From contig OZ059896.1 in assembly GCA_964057225.1 (NCBI GenBank), positions 8,184,001 to 8,248,000 on the forward strand: a stretch of DNA of 64,000 bases, read 5' to 3'. Shown here one piece after another: positions 42,292 through 54,845 of this stretch. The stretch is from Auanema rhodensis (lineage: Eukaryota; Animalia; Nematoda). A model generated the notes under the pieces. That model was not told the DNA's origin. It did not search any database and worked only from the letters and a program-made list of their open reading frames with translations. The position numbers and the translations under genes were made by a program. The number at the start of each line of letters is the position of its first letter. Positions within the stretch are counted from its first letter, which is position 1.

Positions 42292-45200
42292 ATTTTAAAT
42301 TTTTCTGTAGCTGAATCCCCTGTGACATTCATATATGCTTAATACCATGTTAAACATGAAGTCATGATTAATTCGGAATAATGTGATTCCATTCCTGTAT
42401 TTTATCATCAAATATTCTTGACCTCTTCTTCTTCTATTTGTGCATGAAATCAATCGCACTTTGACCAGTCGTCTATTAATACACACTTTTTATTGTGGAC
42501 ATACTGACCGAGTCTTAGAGAATTCTTGATGATTTTAAAATCAAAAGTGAGAGAAAGAAACAGTTAGATAAAGAGACATAGAATATGCAGGGTAGTGCGA
42601 GGTCGAAGAATGAAGCGGAAAGCATATGAAGCTCTCTCTCTCATACTTATTCGTAACCTCACTAAAGAAAGAGTCTACACGACTCACGAGCATCTGTATT
42701 TCGTACGGCTTTTACTCTCGGCAAGTCATCTCATTATTCTTCGTTAGATTCGTCCATGCTTCAAAGATGTTGTTCAACTAATGTTACGAACAGACGGAAG
42801 CTGACGGAAATACGGCAGAAAACTTGATCATGGTAGTCCGTAGTCACGAGATCATTGAACTTCTCCTTCGAAAAATACATGCTCCACGAACATTTAATAT
42901 TAGAAAAAAGAACATGTGCGAAACTGTTGTGTAGTTGTCTTGACTTCTTGAGTTCTCTCTCTAGTTTCTTAGTGAAACCGGATTTCGGCTTGTTAGCCGG
43001 TCATCTTCCGGTCATCTCATATGGCTCTGTCTCTGCGTTACTTTTTCTCTAAGTCTCACATACTTCTTTTGCTTCTCATTTTTCCAAATGTGTGAGCTTG
43101 TCGGAGAGCCTGTCCATCTACGCAAGAAACATGTATATCAGTGTGCATACTGAATCCTGACAACTAGCCCGTCATTCTTCTTCTAAACTATCATTTAATG
43201 GCAATGGCGTATTCACTCGACATTCTGTAAAATCATTTATTGAAAACAAAATATAGTTATTCTTGTATATCTCTAACAAAAAACCTGTCAAGCATTTCAA
43301 TCTTTTAGTGGACTCTCATCAGCTGGTCCGTTGCTTTTCTGTCTGTCCTGGCCGTTTTGATCTACCGATTCAACAGCGAAGATTTTCATTTGCTCGAAAG
43401 CATTCTACTGCCGTTGATCCTGTAGCTTCATCTTCGTTCACGCAAGCCTGGATTTCAACATCAAATTTCAAGTAAGACCATAACCGTTTTAATATTAATT
43501 GAAAATTATTTGTACTTATAGCTTAAACAGACTTCAAGACGAATTTCAAGATAGGATAGAGGAAGAGCCTGTAGAAAACCAAGGCATGAACTCAGATGAT
43601 GTTACAGTAAGTTTTGTTATATATTATATATATATATTCTTATATAATTAGTATAATCATTCTTATATATAATTTCTTATTTTTGAGAATTATGAAAATG
43701 AATTACATTTCTATACATAATTTGCTGTACAGAGTTCATGGATATTTTTCAGATCAACATAAATTCCTTAATAAATGGACAAAACTTAGCCGAAAATTTG
43801 GCACATAATATGGATTCATATGCACAATCAAATACACCAAATCGTCCAACTATAGAAATAGCTTCTAATATATTATCATTATCAAAAGAAGGAGTTTATC
43901 GTCAAGGTTCTTTTGGTTCAGTTGAAAGCTCTAGCAATGAAAAAGATGATATGCCAAGTGCTGAAGATATGTGGATTCATAACAAACAAGCAAAGTATAA
44001 TGATTTTATAAATATTTTTTTAATTTAATTTTTTAATTTTTAGAAGTTCAATGTTAACAGCTTTAACTGCTTTTTACTGTCTTTTCTTAACGATATTTGC
44101 ATTAGTGCTCGAGTTATCACATTTATTATCAGGTGAAGCAGAGCGTAAAGTTAATTTAAAAGATATGGTAAAATAATTATTATAATTAAACAAATAAATT
44201 CATTATTTAGATATTTGGAATATATATGTATGGAGTATCAATATTATTTTTTTTCTACATGTATGTTGTATTAATGCTAAATCCACGTTGGTATTCTACC
44301 GTATATGCTGTAAAGGTGAGCAGAATATTCTTTCATTAAAGATTCTTCCCAAACTTTTTAATATAAACAAAATGTCCCACGTCATATAAAATACTAAAAG
44401 CTAGTTTGTCATGAATATTATAGAGAGTTTTACGTTTGTCAACAAATCGTCAGTCAGTAAATTCAACTTCTTCCGCAGCCGCAACGGTTCGTAGGGTTAC
44501 TCATAACAGTCCAGCAGCAGGAAGTTTATTTCTACGATTAGGTGCAATAGGTCGACTATTTGAATATGAGTCATAATCATACTGATTATAATTAAATTTC
44601 AGTTTTTGGTGTTATTGGAATTGTATATTACTCATTTTTGGTTTTTTTGTGTTCAGCTGATTCTCATTGTACATCCTTGAATATTGGTTTAGATGTATGC
44701 GCTATTGTATTTATATTTACTCAAATGCATTTTATTTTTTGTAATTGGAAGGTAACAGTTTATTTGTAAATGAAACAGATTATCATATTATCTATAGATT
44801 TCGATCACGGGCTCGCATTTTGCTGCTCGAGCTGGCACAATGCATCTAATAGCTGCAAATCTATGGACATGGATACGTTATGTTTTGATGGAAGAAGGTG
44901 TAATGGAAAAAGAAATAAAGTGAGTAATCGTCTAGAGTTTGATATAATAAAGGTTAATAAACAGAGAAGTATTCAAATCAATCAACAATCGTACTAATAA
45001 ATCTGGATTTTCCGATTCATCTGAAGAAGATTTTGATCACCGCGAGTTGGATCTCGTTCGCTGTCATGCAGCTGAATGTATATTAGGTAATATTATTAAT
45101 AAAAAATTTTTATTAAAATAATATTTAAGGAAGTCTCTCAGAAGTTATGTTCACAGCAATTGTTGAATATTCGTTAATAGCAGCAGCAGTAATGTATATT

Positions 45201-46149
45201 GTTTGGAGAAATATTGGTCGTCACGATTTTGGTGGTACGTATGTGAAAAGAAAACATCAGATACGCGTGGATTGCAGCAAAACTACAACTGGTTCAGAAT
45301 ATTCTAAAGTAAATATAATTTATTTTAAATATTTTTAGGTTTATTCCTCGGCTTAGCTTTTCTAGCTACAACATTTACCTCAATTATTGTATATTATGGG
45401 TATTCGTTTTTGGGTAAAACGAAACATGCAGCATATGCTTATGCTGTTACTGATATTTTACAATATTTATTCTCATCAATTGGTTGTGGGTTAGCAATAT
45501 ACCAAATGAGAGCTCTGACTTACATGAATCGTAAGCAACATGCAAGAAGTGCTTCCAGAGAACAAGTTCGTGTTAAGAAACTTGCAGAAATTCTATAAAT
45601 TTTCATTTAGGAACTATTGGATCAGATTCTATTAGCCGTTGGTCTAGTGGGAGAACTGATCTTCTCTGTAGCAGGACTTGTTGGACTTACCGGTGATGGA
45701 GCATGGCAACCTTTAACCTTTTTCTTATTATTTGTACATATTTTCCGTTTAATTCAGGTATTTATACTATTTACTTATCTTAATTAAAAACATATTTTAG
45801 GTTGGAATGCAAACATTTTTACTCTATTTAGCCAATAGAGTTAGGGTTGGCGTTATGGATAGAGAAAGTCAACCAGGCAAACAAGCTATAACCTTCCTTT
45901 TAGCTGCTAATCTAGCTATTTTTATGATGAACCTTTTCGAAAGTGAAAAAGCTGGTGTTTCAGAAGCAATCATTGGTAAGCCATCAAAATTATGCTTTGC
46001 TTGAATATCTATTTGCAGACTTTTACGGGAAAAAGAGCTGGGTGTTCTTAGTTCGAAGTTTTTCTCCACTAACCATATTCTATCGGTTTCACAGTAGTGT
46101 ATGTTTGGCAGAAATATGGAAGAACGTTTACGCCAAGAAATCATTATAA
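40799..46149 (+). CDS. Otopetrin-family proton channel, about 16 exons
   Basis: Otopetrin motifs GSLFLRLGAIVFG, FIFTQMHFIF, GTMHLIAANLWTW, AIVEYSLIAAAV, RVDCSKTTTGLFLG, QPGKQAITFLLAANL and the C-terminal IFYRFHSSVCLAEIW. The 5' exons (40799-40912 and from 41238) join in frame but encode a poorly conserved N-terminus, so the start is less sure. Confidence 0.92.
42240..42288. repeat. (CT)n microsatellite in otopetrin intron 2
   Basis: Directly visible. Confidence 0.92.
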
Positions 46150-46481
46150 CATAACAAAGTTAATAATATGTTTCAATTTTTTGTAAATTTTGAAATCTTG
46201 TTTAAATAAACAAGAATTGAACTGAACACTCATATCAGAATAAAAGTTAAAAATATTATATTTTTAAGAAAATAAAATATATATTATAAATAAAATAGAC
46301 AATTTAACATATATTCTATGTATAGTAATGATAATGTATAATTTATTACGAGCTTTCTAATGTCAAAATAAATGTAAATACATAATGGCCTCAGTGTGAT
46401 AATCATCATTAGGAACAATTTTGTAAAATTGAACTTGATTATCAAGAAATTTGTGTTTATATTGGTAATTTTCTTTTCTTT

Positions 46482-49400
46482 TTACTTATTACATATTGAA
46501 GAATGTAGCGAGACTTCATCAACACCACAAGCTCCTCTATATTGGCCACCGCTAATGCATTCAAATGATATCTATATTTAAATAATCTTTCTTAATTTTA
46601 ACAAAATTATTATTAACCTGAGTAGTATTAGCAGGACAATCAACCTGAAGTTTTCTCCACCTGTGTTGCTCAGTATCATGATTAGAGACGAAGCACGTAT
46701 TATCACAACAAACTTTCAACTTAGTTGCTGGTTTGATATCGTATCCACGGAAACGTATTTTGAATGGAGGCTCATGGACTAACTGAAAATATTGAGAAAA
46801 ACTTTCATAGTTAGGGAACAGTTTCAAAATGAATGTTTACCCTTAAAGTCAATGATCCTCGTTGTTGTGGGCTAAGGACAATGCCGGCAAAATGCTTATT
46901 GGAATCAAGAAAAACGGCTGAAAACAACATTGTCGAAAATAGATTTTTTTAGAAAAAGCTTACGCGCTCTATCGACAGACATGGGTGAGCTGTTAGGATG
47001 ACCTATCCAGTTACTCCAAGATCTCATCACATAGAACTTTTCGTCAATCTATTAATCATTAGTATTGTTTTGTGATTATTATGACGTCAACTTCGTCATA
47101 CCGGTTCTTCTGCAGCTCTCTTAGCTCTTTTCTTTTTCGTTGTCTCATCATAAGATGATTCCCAGTTACATAAATCTCCAGATTCAAAGCTACATCTAGC
47201 ATAGTCACATACACTGTTTGATCTAAATACAAATAAGTTTGTAGCTTTATCATTTAATATCCCGTACTCATCTCTCCTTTTTAAGGAATGAACTATCTGT
47301 TCAACACTTTTTAATTCGTCTTGGTCTGGTAGAGTATTGGTTCCAGGAACAGAGAAAACTGAAATAAAAACGTCATATTGCTTATTTTCTTAAGAAAAAG
47401 AAAAGGAAATACACCAATGTGTAATGATGTCGTGTGAAAATCTTCACGCGCACAATGTAAATATAATGAAAAAGTGCTCAAAGGTTTCTTAAACTTGGAC
47501 AGAGAGAATCATACATCGTCTAGGTGATGTAGGTGCTACAGCCATGAAAGCCTTTGGTTTCCTGTTTTTCGTTTTAAGTTTGCGTCCCGTGTAGCCAAAG
47601 CTTTGCACCAACTTAAAAAAAAGAAAACAATGTCACTCTAAACAAATAAGAAGAAAAACTACAGTTTTAGGCTCTGCTTGTCTTTCAACAATTTGAATTC
47701 CACTATTCATTTTATGAATTTTATATCGTGAGTTGAATTCTGACAATGAATGTCGTGAAAATCCCTGAAATGTTTGATATATTATAACCTTAGAATGGAA
47801 CAAACCTTCTTATAATAAAGGGGTTTTGCGCTTATCACATCAATCTGTAAAACAAGGTTACAAAAAACATAGAAGTATAGAAAAAGGACAAACATTTCTT
47901 TCGTATCCTGCACCTTTATCAGCTAAGATTCCAAGCTCTCGCAAAGCTATATCTACTTCATCAATATCTTTAGGAATTGCTTTTTCATGATCTATAAAAA
48001 TTAAAATATTTACAAACATTACAGAAGAAAGACTTTTGGGAGTGGTAGCGTTCGGAAGGTTCTGCATAATCTGTTGTTCATGAACGTTTTTAAGTAACTC
48101 TAGTTGTCGTAAGGCATTCCGTTTAGATACAAGCTCGTTATTCATCTGATATGAGAATATTTTGAATAGTATTATACTCATATCATATTTTACATTTACT
48201 TGATTCCATCTGGAATAATCATACTGCTTTCGTCGTTTTTCAAATACAGCGCTCAAATCATCCAATCGTACTTTTGAGGCCAGAGATTGTAATTCGTTTA
48301 ATATCTTAAAAAAAAGTTGAATTGTCAAACAAACACGAATTAATAACTTCGTCTTCTTCTTCTATACTAGATGTTTTTCCTGATATGATCTGACTTTTTT
48401 CTAAAACAAATCATATGCATATGAGCAGAAACAAATTATGCAAACCTAAATGAGGTGCGAAAACGGTTTCAGACAGAGAACCAGAATCAGCAACAGGTAT
48501 TGTTGGTGTAATTACGTGATTTGTTCGACCAGACAATGTTTTTTTCTAAATTAGGTTGCATTAAACATCATTCATTTTCATTTTGTTTAAATTGAATGTC
48601 TGACCATTTCTAGTGGATTTGTTCCAAAAGCTTTGTTATCTCGAATACGGTATTTTGGAGATTGTTCATTGTATGGCTGGGTTCTGCCCCATTGAAAAAG
48701 TCGTTTTGCAGACTGTTTATGTGTTGAATTCGGTAACACAACGGGTTTCGGAAAATTATTCTGAATAAAATATCATTAACACATGAATAAATAAAATATA
48801 TCCTTTTCCCAAGAATTTTTTTCAATATATGAGATGAAAAAACATCTTACCTGGGTAAGTTTAACATTTGATTGGAAAAGTTTCATTGAAGTCTGACCCA
48901 CAAAAGCTGGTCTAGGTGTCCACCACAATGGATTCGCAGTTGTTTCCTCAGCTATTGTTGCGACTGTAGGAACAGGAAGAGAAGGAAGCTCGTTTCTCAT
49001 TACATCCTCAACTTCAGATTGTGATGAACTGAAATCGGACTTAGATGCGCTTGGATCTGGCTGTGCATCTAAGTTTTCGAAATTATGCAATTTTCCGATA
49101 TTTTGCTTCGTCATGTCATCGGAAGTTGATGGTTGAATAGGAATTGAATCAGGAGGAAAATATATTGAAGATGTAGGAACCGTTGTTCTGGTTGTCATTT
49201 CCTCGAACCTTGCCGTAGTTAACTGAGAGTTATCATCATCAGAGCTACCACTAAAGGAAGATCCGATTTCTGTCGGTACCGTTACTTCCGAGACTATTGA
49301 CTGCATTGTACTAGTCATTGTTGATGGAGTAACTGAAGACTCAAATAGTTCAAGAGCTTGATCCTCATAATCATTACTTTTGACGGATGTCGTCATAATT

Positions 49401-50105
49401 GGTATGTTGGTAGTGCTCATATCTTTTTCTGAGAAACTATGTTCTAGCAAATCGTCCTCAACAGTTACTGGAATAAATGGAGGGGGAGGTGTTGCCAAAA
49501 ACTCTTCATCCATATTCATCTCAGATATGTCATTAAAACTTTGAAAGTTATCCAAGTCAACCAGTAATGGATCAACTGCTATAGATCTATAATATATAAC
49601 AGATATGAAGGAATTATACATGATACCAGATCATACTTATCACTTTTCTGTATCATCATTCTTTGAGAACGAGTTTGATATTTATCCCTAATGTTTTGAG
49701 CATTAATAAATCTCTTCTAGAAAATATATTTGTAACAAGAAATAAGAAGAACAAAAATAAAATAAATCTCACTTTAGGCCCTGTGTCTCTATTTTCACCA
49801 AACTGCGTGTCAGAACCGGATTGCACTCTTCCTGCTGTTTCTTTGTGCATTATCCTCATCTAAAAAGGACATTTAGCTTCAAGTTGTTAAAGAAAGGGCA
49901 AAATTTCTAGAGATCAGGAACTATTCTTCGTTACAATGTGAGAAACTTACCGTTTGTCTAACATTATGATCATTATTGGCTTGATTACGAAATGTTTCAT
50001 CCTCTCCAAAGCATACTAACAAGTAATCGAAATAATATAAATCAAATATATTTATATACGTTGCATACCGTATATATAACATAGCAGATATAAAAGGCTC
50101 CTCAT
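46482..50105 (-). CDS. Secreted protein with long Ser/Thr-rich region and C-terminal MAM-like domain, about 20 exons
   Basis: Short signal-like start MRSLLYLLCYIYVCFG, then an S/T/P/E-rich exon (ORF 48776-49621). The C-terminus CSFESGDLCNWES...RSWSNW...LKVCCDNTC...WRKLQVDCPANTTQISFEC...GACGVDEVSL fits a MAM domain. The junction near 47360-47515 is inferred, so this could be two genes. Confidence 0.72.
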
Positions 50106-52704
50106 TACAAATGTAAAATTTCCAACCTTCTATTCGGATTTCAATTGCTGGATAATTTTTCGCAGAACTTAATAAAAGAAATTAAGGGTCAAAGTAAGAC
50201 AAACGTTATTTTTAAAAATGGAAAAACAATAAATTAGACTTTAAGATAACAGATTCAGGTTGGCGGTATTATAAGAAACTTAAAAGATTGAAAAAACGAT
50301 AAATAGTCACCACAAGCAATATTTCACCCATACATATGTTTTAGAGAAAACATACGTAATACTAAACATTAAACGCTAAATGAAAGAAATGTTTCTCTCA
50401 AGAATTTTTCTATATATATATATAAGCTAGATGTCCTTCGGAAACAGATACGGATGCCTTCTACTGATTCCTTAAACGATAAACAAAAACTGTTTGCATA
50501 CGGTGGTACGATGCTAAACAATGTTGCCAAGCTTTGGTCGTTCTCTCATCATCTAATTCCTTAAAGGAGAAAAACAGAAACACACATTGAAGCTTGAAAA
50601 CTAACTTTTTTGTAGTACAATATATATTATTGAAATTAGTGAAGTTAGTATATAACAAACTGGATACGAAAATATATAAAGTACAGATAATAGGAACTTA
50701 GAAAGGTAAGAGTGTTGAATGAGACTATTTGGCAAAAAGTTTTCACAAAAAGGAGCTTTAAAAAGGAAGAAACGATTATGATGACGAAATGAGGACAGAC
50801 GTCGGTCAGATCGAATGTTGGCTGGCTTTCAAGGCACATAGTCCAACTATCGGTTCTCACCATTTACCTCTCTCACCATATATCCCTGAGGGTCTTTTCT
50901 CCTAATTCTCCTCCTCCTCATCATCATCACCAGCAACCGCATTCTGTTCAACCTCCTACGATGATTTTCCGTTTTTCATCCTTTCCACTCATCCATTCCC
51001 TTTTCCTCCGTATAAATTAACAGCCCTTTCTTCTCGACTGATCTATATTATATTTCCATTTTTCGAATCCTTATACTTTAGCTTGTCGCTATGAAACTAC
51101 CATACCAAAAAAATAGTGGTTTTACCTGTTCTAGAGAATGAAAACGGAACCTATTATATTGTGGGAAACAATAATAATAAGAGATAAAAATTAAAAATTG
51201 TATAACAAAATATAAAAATATTTAATTCATATTGAGTCTAAAACTTTTATGTTTTATTCAAAAATTTGAATGTTCGTGAATATATGCAACAAACGCAGGT
51301 ATAAGTACACCAATTATTATTATACGTATATGTAAGTTCACATTTTCTTCTTCGGCCATCGTCGCACTTTTGAGACTGCTTCGAATTCTGAGAACGTTCG
51401 ACCTGTCGTCTGGATATTCCTCACAAATTCGAGGACAATACCATGACAAGTCTCGTCCTAGACACTACTACACTACAAGGAAGAAACAAGCCCCTAAGGC
51501 ACGAGGAATAATTAACCTGACACTCATTTTACGGACGACCAATGCTTCCATTCCACAGAATTACACAGTTACAATACAAAGAGCAAAACTGTAAAATTTG
51601 AAAAAATAATAATATTCTTATTGACAATAATAAGGTATTTATATATAATATATTCTTTATTTTTCAAAAAACCTAGTAAAATTCATGAAGTTTAAATCCA
51701 GAATAAATAAAATAGATAATTATGGGAATTTACTGTTGGTAATAGTCAAAATGCATACTATACTGGGTTTTTTATTGTATTAATCGCTTAATAGAGTTAA
51801 AGAGGATTGTTTAACTTGCCATGATGTTCACGTGAATAGATTGCTCAACTTATTTAAAAGAGGAGATTTATCTCGAACGGTTGTATTTTTCTAATAGTAT
51901 GGTTGTATGTTTCCTCGTAAATCAGTTAGTTATTTTATAATTCAAAAGACGTTTTCCGGTCTTTTCTATTCATTTTAACTACATATGATCATAATTGTAT
52001 GTTCAACAGACATTACTTACAATCACGAGGTACTTGTTTTCGTATCAATCGATTTTGTTATTTAAAAAACTGATCATGGATCTTAAAAATATGAAACTGT
52101 TCGACCTATTTATAATAGTCCTTAATGTTACTCAATAAGATCATCAAATACTATTAAAATTCATATATATTTACGTTTCTTAGAATTAGCCTAGATTCCA
52201 TTGTATTCTGCATGTTTTAGAGTTTTTTGGATATCGACTTGTATCTTATGAAGATTAACAACAAGATAACATTTTTTTCAAATTATTTTCACGTTATAAC
52301 CTATTCACTATAGCAGTTCAAATTTTATATAAAAACTCGAATTGGAAAATAGGGCAAGTTTAAGTATTTATATAACTATAATGGGTTTCTGTTTACTAAA
52401 ACAGCTGAGTATATGATACCGTTTGATGTCGAAATGAAATGAAACAATAGGATAGTAAACCGTTAGTTGCTCTTTGAGCGAACAATGTGTGCACCATGTC
52501 TGCACCTGTTTTTTCTTGGGATGGCCTCTTATCAAGGACCTTTATACATAATAGTTGATAATGCATTTATCGTTTAGCAAAGAATATAACTAATTTTGTT
52601 TTATATCATTGATGACGATTATTGCTCTTTTTTCTGGAATTTTTCTAATGCAATTTTCTTATAATTCTGTATTTTTCTTTGTGATTCAGGTAAATGTGAT
52701 ATAA

Positions 52705-54611
52705 ATGGCAAACACAGCTCTAGTACATTATGCCAGACAAATCAGAATGGAAATACCGTTGTTCATTTACATGCTAACAAGCTATCTAAAAACTCCTATT
52801 TTTCAAAATTTAATATATGAGAAATCTTGTTTTGAACGATACAATCAAGTGAGTGTTGTAGCATAACAAATGGGCAAAACGTAGGTGTGCTTAGTTGTTC
52901 TAACGAGGATATTTCTAGAAAGACTTGATTATTATAAATTCTTGTTACAGAATGAAACATTTTGTACGGATCCATCAGCTTACTATAAAGATAAAGCAAT
53001 ACAAACAGATGCAAATCACTTTTATGCCATTTCATCATACACGTTAATGGGCCCATCTTTAATCTCCACGCTTTTACTTGGTGTAGGTACTAAGAACATC
53101 AAAACGAGATTTAGTATTATATTCGTTTATAGTTTCCGATTTCTGGAGCATAAAAGTACCTTTGGTCATTCCTTTCATTGGTCTAATTCTTGGCACAATT
53201 AACTATATTTTTCAAACTTTATATATTCACTCAAATATTTATTTTTTACTAATAAGTGATGCTGTTTTTGGATTTTGTGGAGGCTACATATCCATTATAT
53301 GTAAGAGGTTACATATTATTTTTTAATATCTACATGTGTTCAGCTACAATAATGAGTTATGGTGTAAAGACGACAAGGTCGAATTCACGAAGTTATCGAA
53401 TTGCTGGAATGGAAGGTGCTATAGGATTAGGTGGCACTATCGGCTACGCTACTTCAGGAACAATCAGACAGTACTTGCACATTTTTACATCAATAAATCA
53501 ATTTCATTATCTTTTTAAGAGCACTTGGATACGACTATACTTTTATTTTAATACTGATTCTTCAAGTTATCGCTTTCTTATACATTATTGTTTTTGCGCG
53601 TGAGAATGTAAAAGAATCATCAGAATATGATGAATTGGTCGGCACTTCTACGCAAGAATCCAGTGAGTAGTTTTTAAAAATATACTTCAAGTTCCTAGTA
53701 TTTGGTTAGGTTTACGTTTATTCTTCTCTCAAGTTCATAGAGTGGCACATTCGTTCTATGAACTATTAATGATAAAAAGAAATGAACGTTTGTATATATG
53801 GCTGAACATTCTTGCTTTCGGCTTTGAGTTACTTATATTTTCAGGTATGTTTGAATATAATTTGTATTTAATTTAATTTTTTTATCTAAGGGTTAAGCGA
53901 TATTCAATTTTCGTACTTTCGTTTTAAATTAGCGTGGTCTGACAAAGAATATGGGTGGTTTAGTGGATTATCATTCGGAATCACGACGTTAACAGTGAGA
54001 ACGTCTTCATATATATCTTCCTATTAGTATAAAATATAGGTTTTAACTTTATACCCTTTCTTACGTTCTCGTGGTCGAACCGATGGTCAACTTGGGATTC
54101 TGGGCCTAGTTTTCAAAATATTTTCTTTAATTATATTAGCATTTCTACAAAGCTCAGCTATGGCGTATTCTGTAGCAGGTAACTCTGCGATACAAATTGT
54201 ATATATATATATATTTTTTTTTTTTTTTAAGGTATTACAATGTTCAATCGCTTCGTGTCATCAGGCTTCCGGGCTTTTCTCTCGTCACTTATAAATTCTA
54301 ATGAACAAGGTTTGCTGTCGGTAGGCTATAAGTAACATTTTGGAATATGTAGGAAAGATGTTTTCACTCATCGCTCTCCTGGAAGGATGTTCAGGATTAG
54401 CTGCAACTTCACTTTATAACTACTTATATCCTTTAACATTGAATATATTTCCTGGACTTTGCTACTTAGTGAGCGCATTTCTATTGCTACCGTCAATAGC
54501 CATTTTGGGGTGAGATCTATGGTCAAACAGAAAAGAAATATTATTTTTAGATTTTCTGATTACAAAGTTAACAAGATAAGGAATGCAGAAGAACCTGAAG
54601 ACTCTGAATAA
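52705..54611 (+). CDS. SLC46-family (PCFT/SLC46A3-like) MFS transporter, 11 exons
   Basis: Spliced protein has MEIPLFIYML..LIYEKSC, GPSLISTLLLGVVSDFWSIK, DAVFGFCGGY, RSYRIAGMEGAIGLGGTIG, FKLAWSDKEYGWF and RAFLSSLINSNEQGKMFSL, with multiple hydrophobic TM segments. Stop TAA 54609-54611. Confidence 0.88.
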
Positions 54612-54845
54612 AACTTTTAGTTTTATTTATAAAAGAGTTTATAAAATCCAAATTAGAAGGCACAGTCATCATATATCAACGGGCTTTTTCTACAGAAAAA
54701 TTGAGTATCGCGTTTTAAAATATGATACATTCTAAATTCTAATCAAAGGCGAGCTCAATAGAAGATATCCTAATAATAAATATTTTGAATCACATGTTAT
54801 TCCTTGGGCTGAAAGATTGATATTGGTTATTATACTTGAAGTGAT

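Noticed and set aside
43131-43230. Possible alternative first coding exon of otopetrin
   Set aside because: ATG-initiated frames stop early or join the next exon in the wrong phase.
50883-50905. TCCCTGAG, a lin-4/miR-237-like seed
   Set aside because: The remaining sequence diverges and no hairpin partner is present.
51465-51470. TAG reassignment as an explanation for the tandem stops
   Set aside because: None of the ten modelled genes contains an in-frame TAG, and the GPCR model ends in TAG; the standard code fits.
51495-51516. TAAGGCACG, miR-124-like
   Set aside because: The 3' half does not match the highly conserved miR-124 and upstream pairing is weak.
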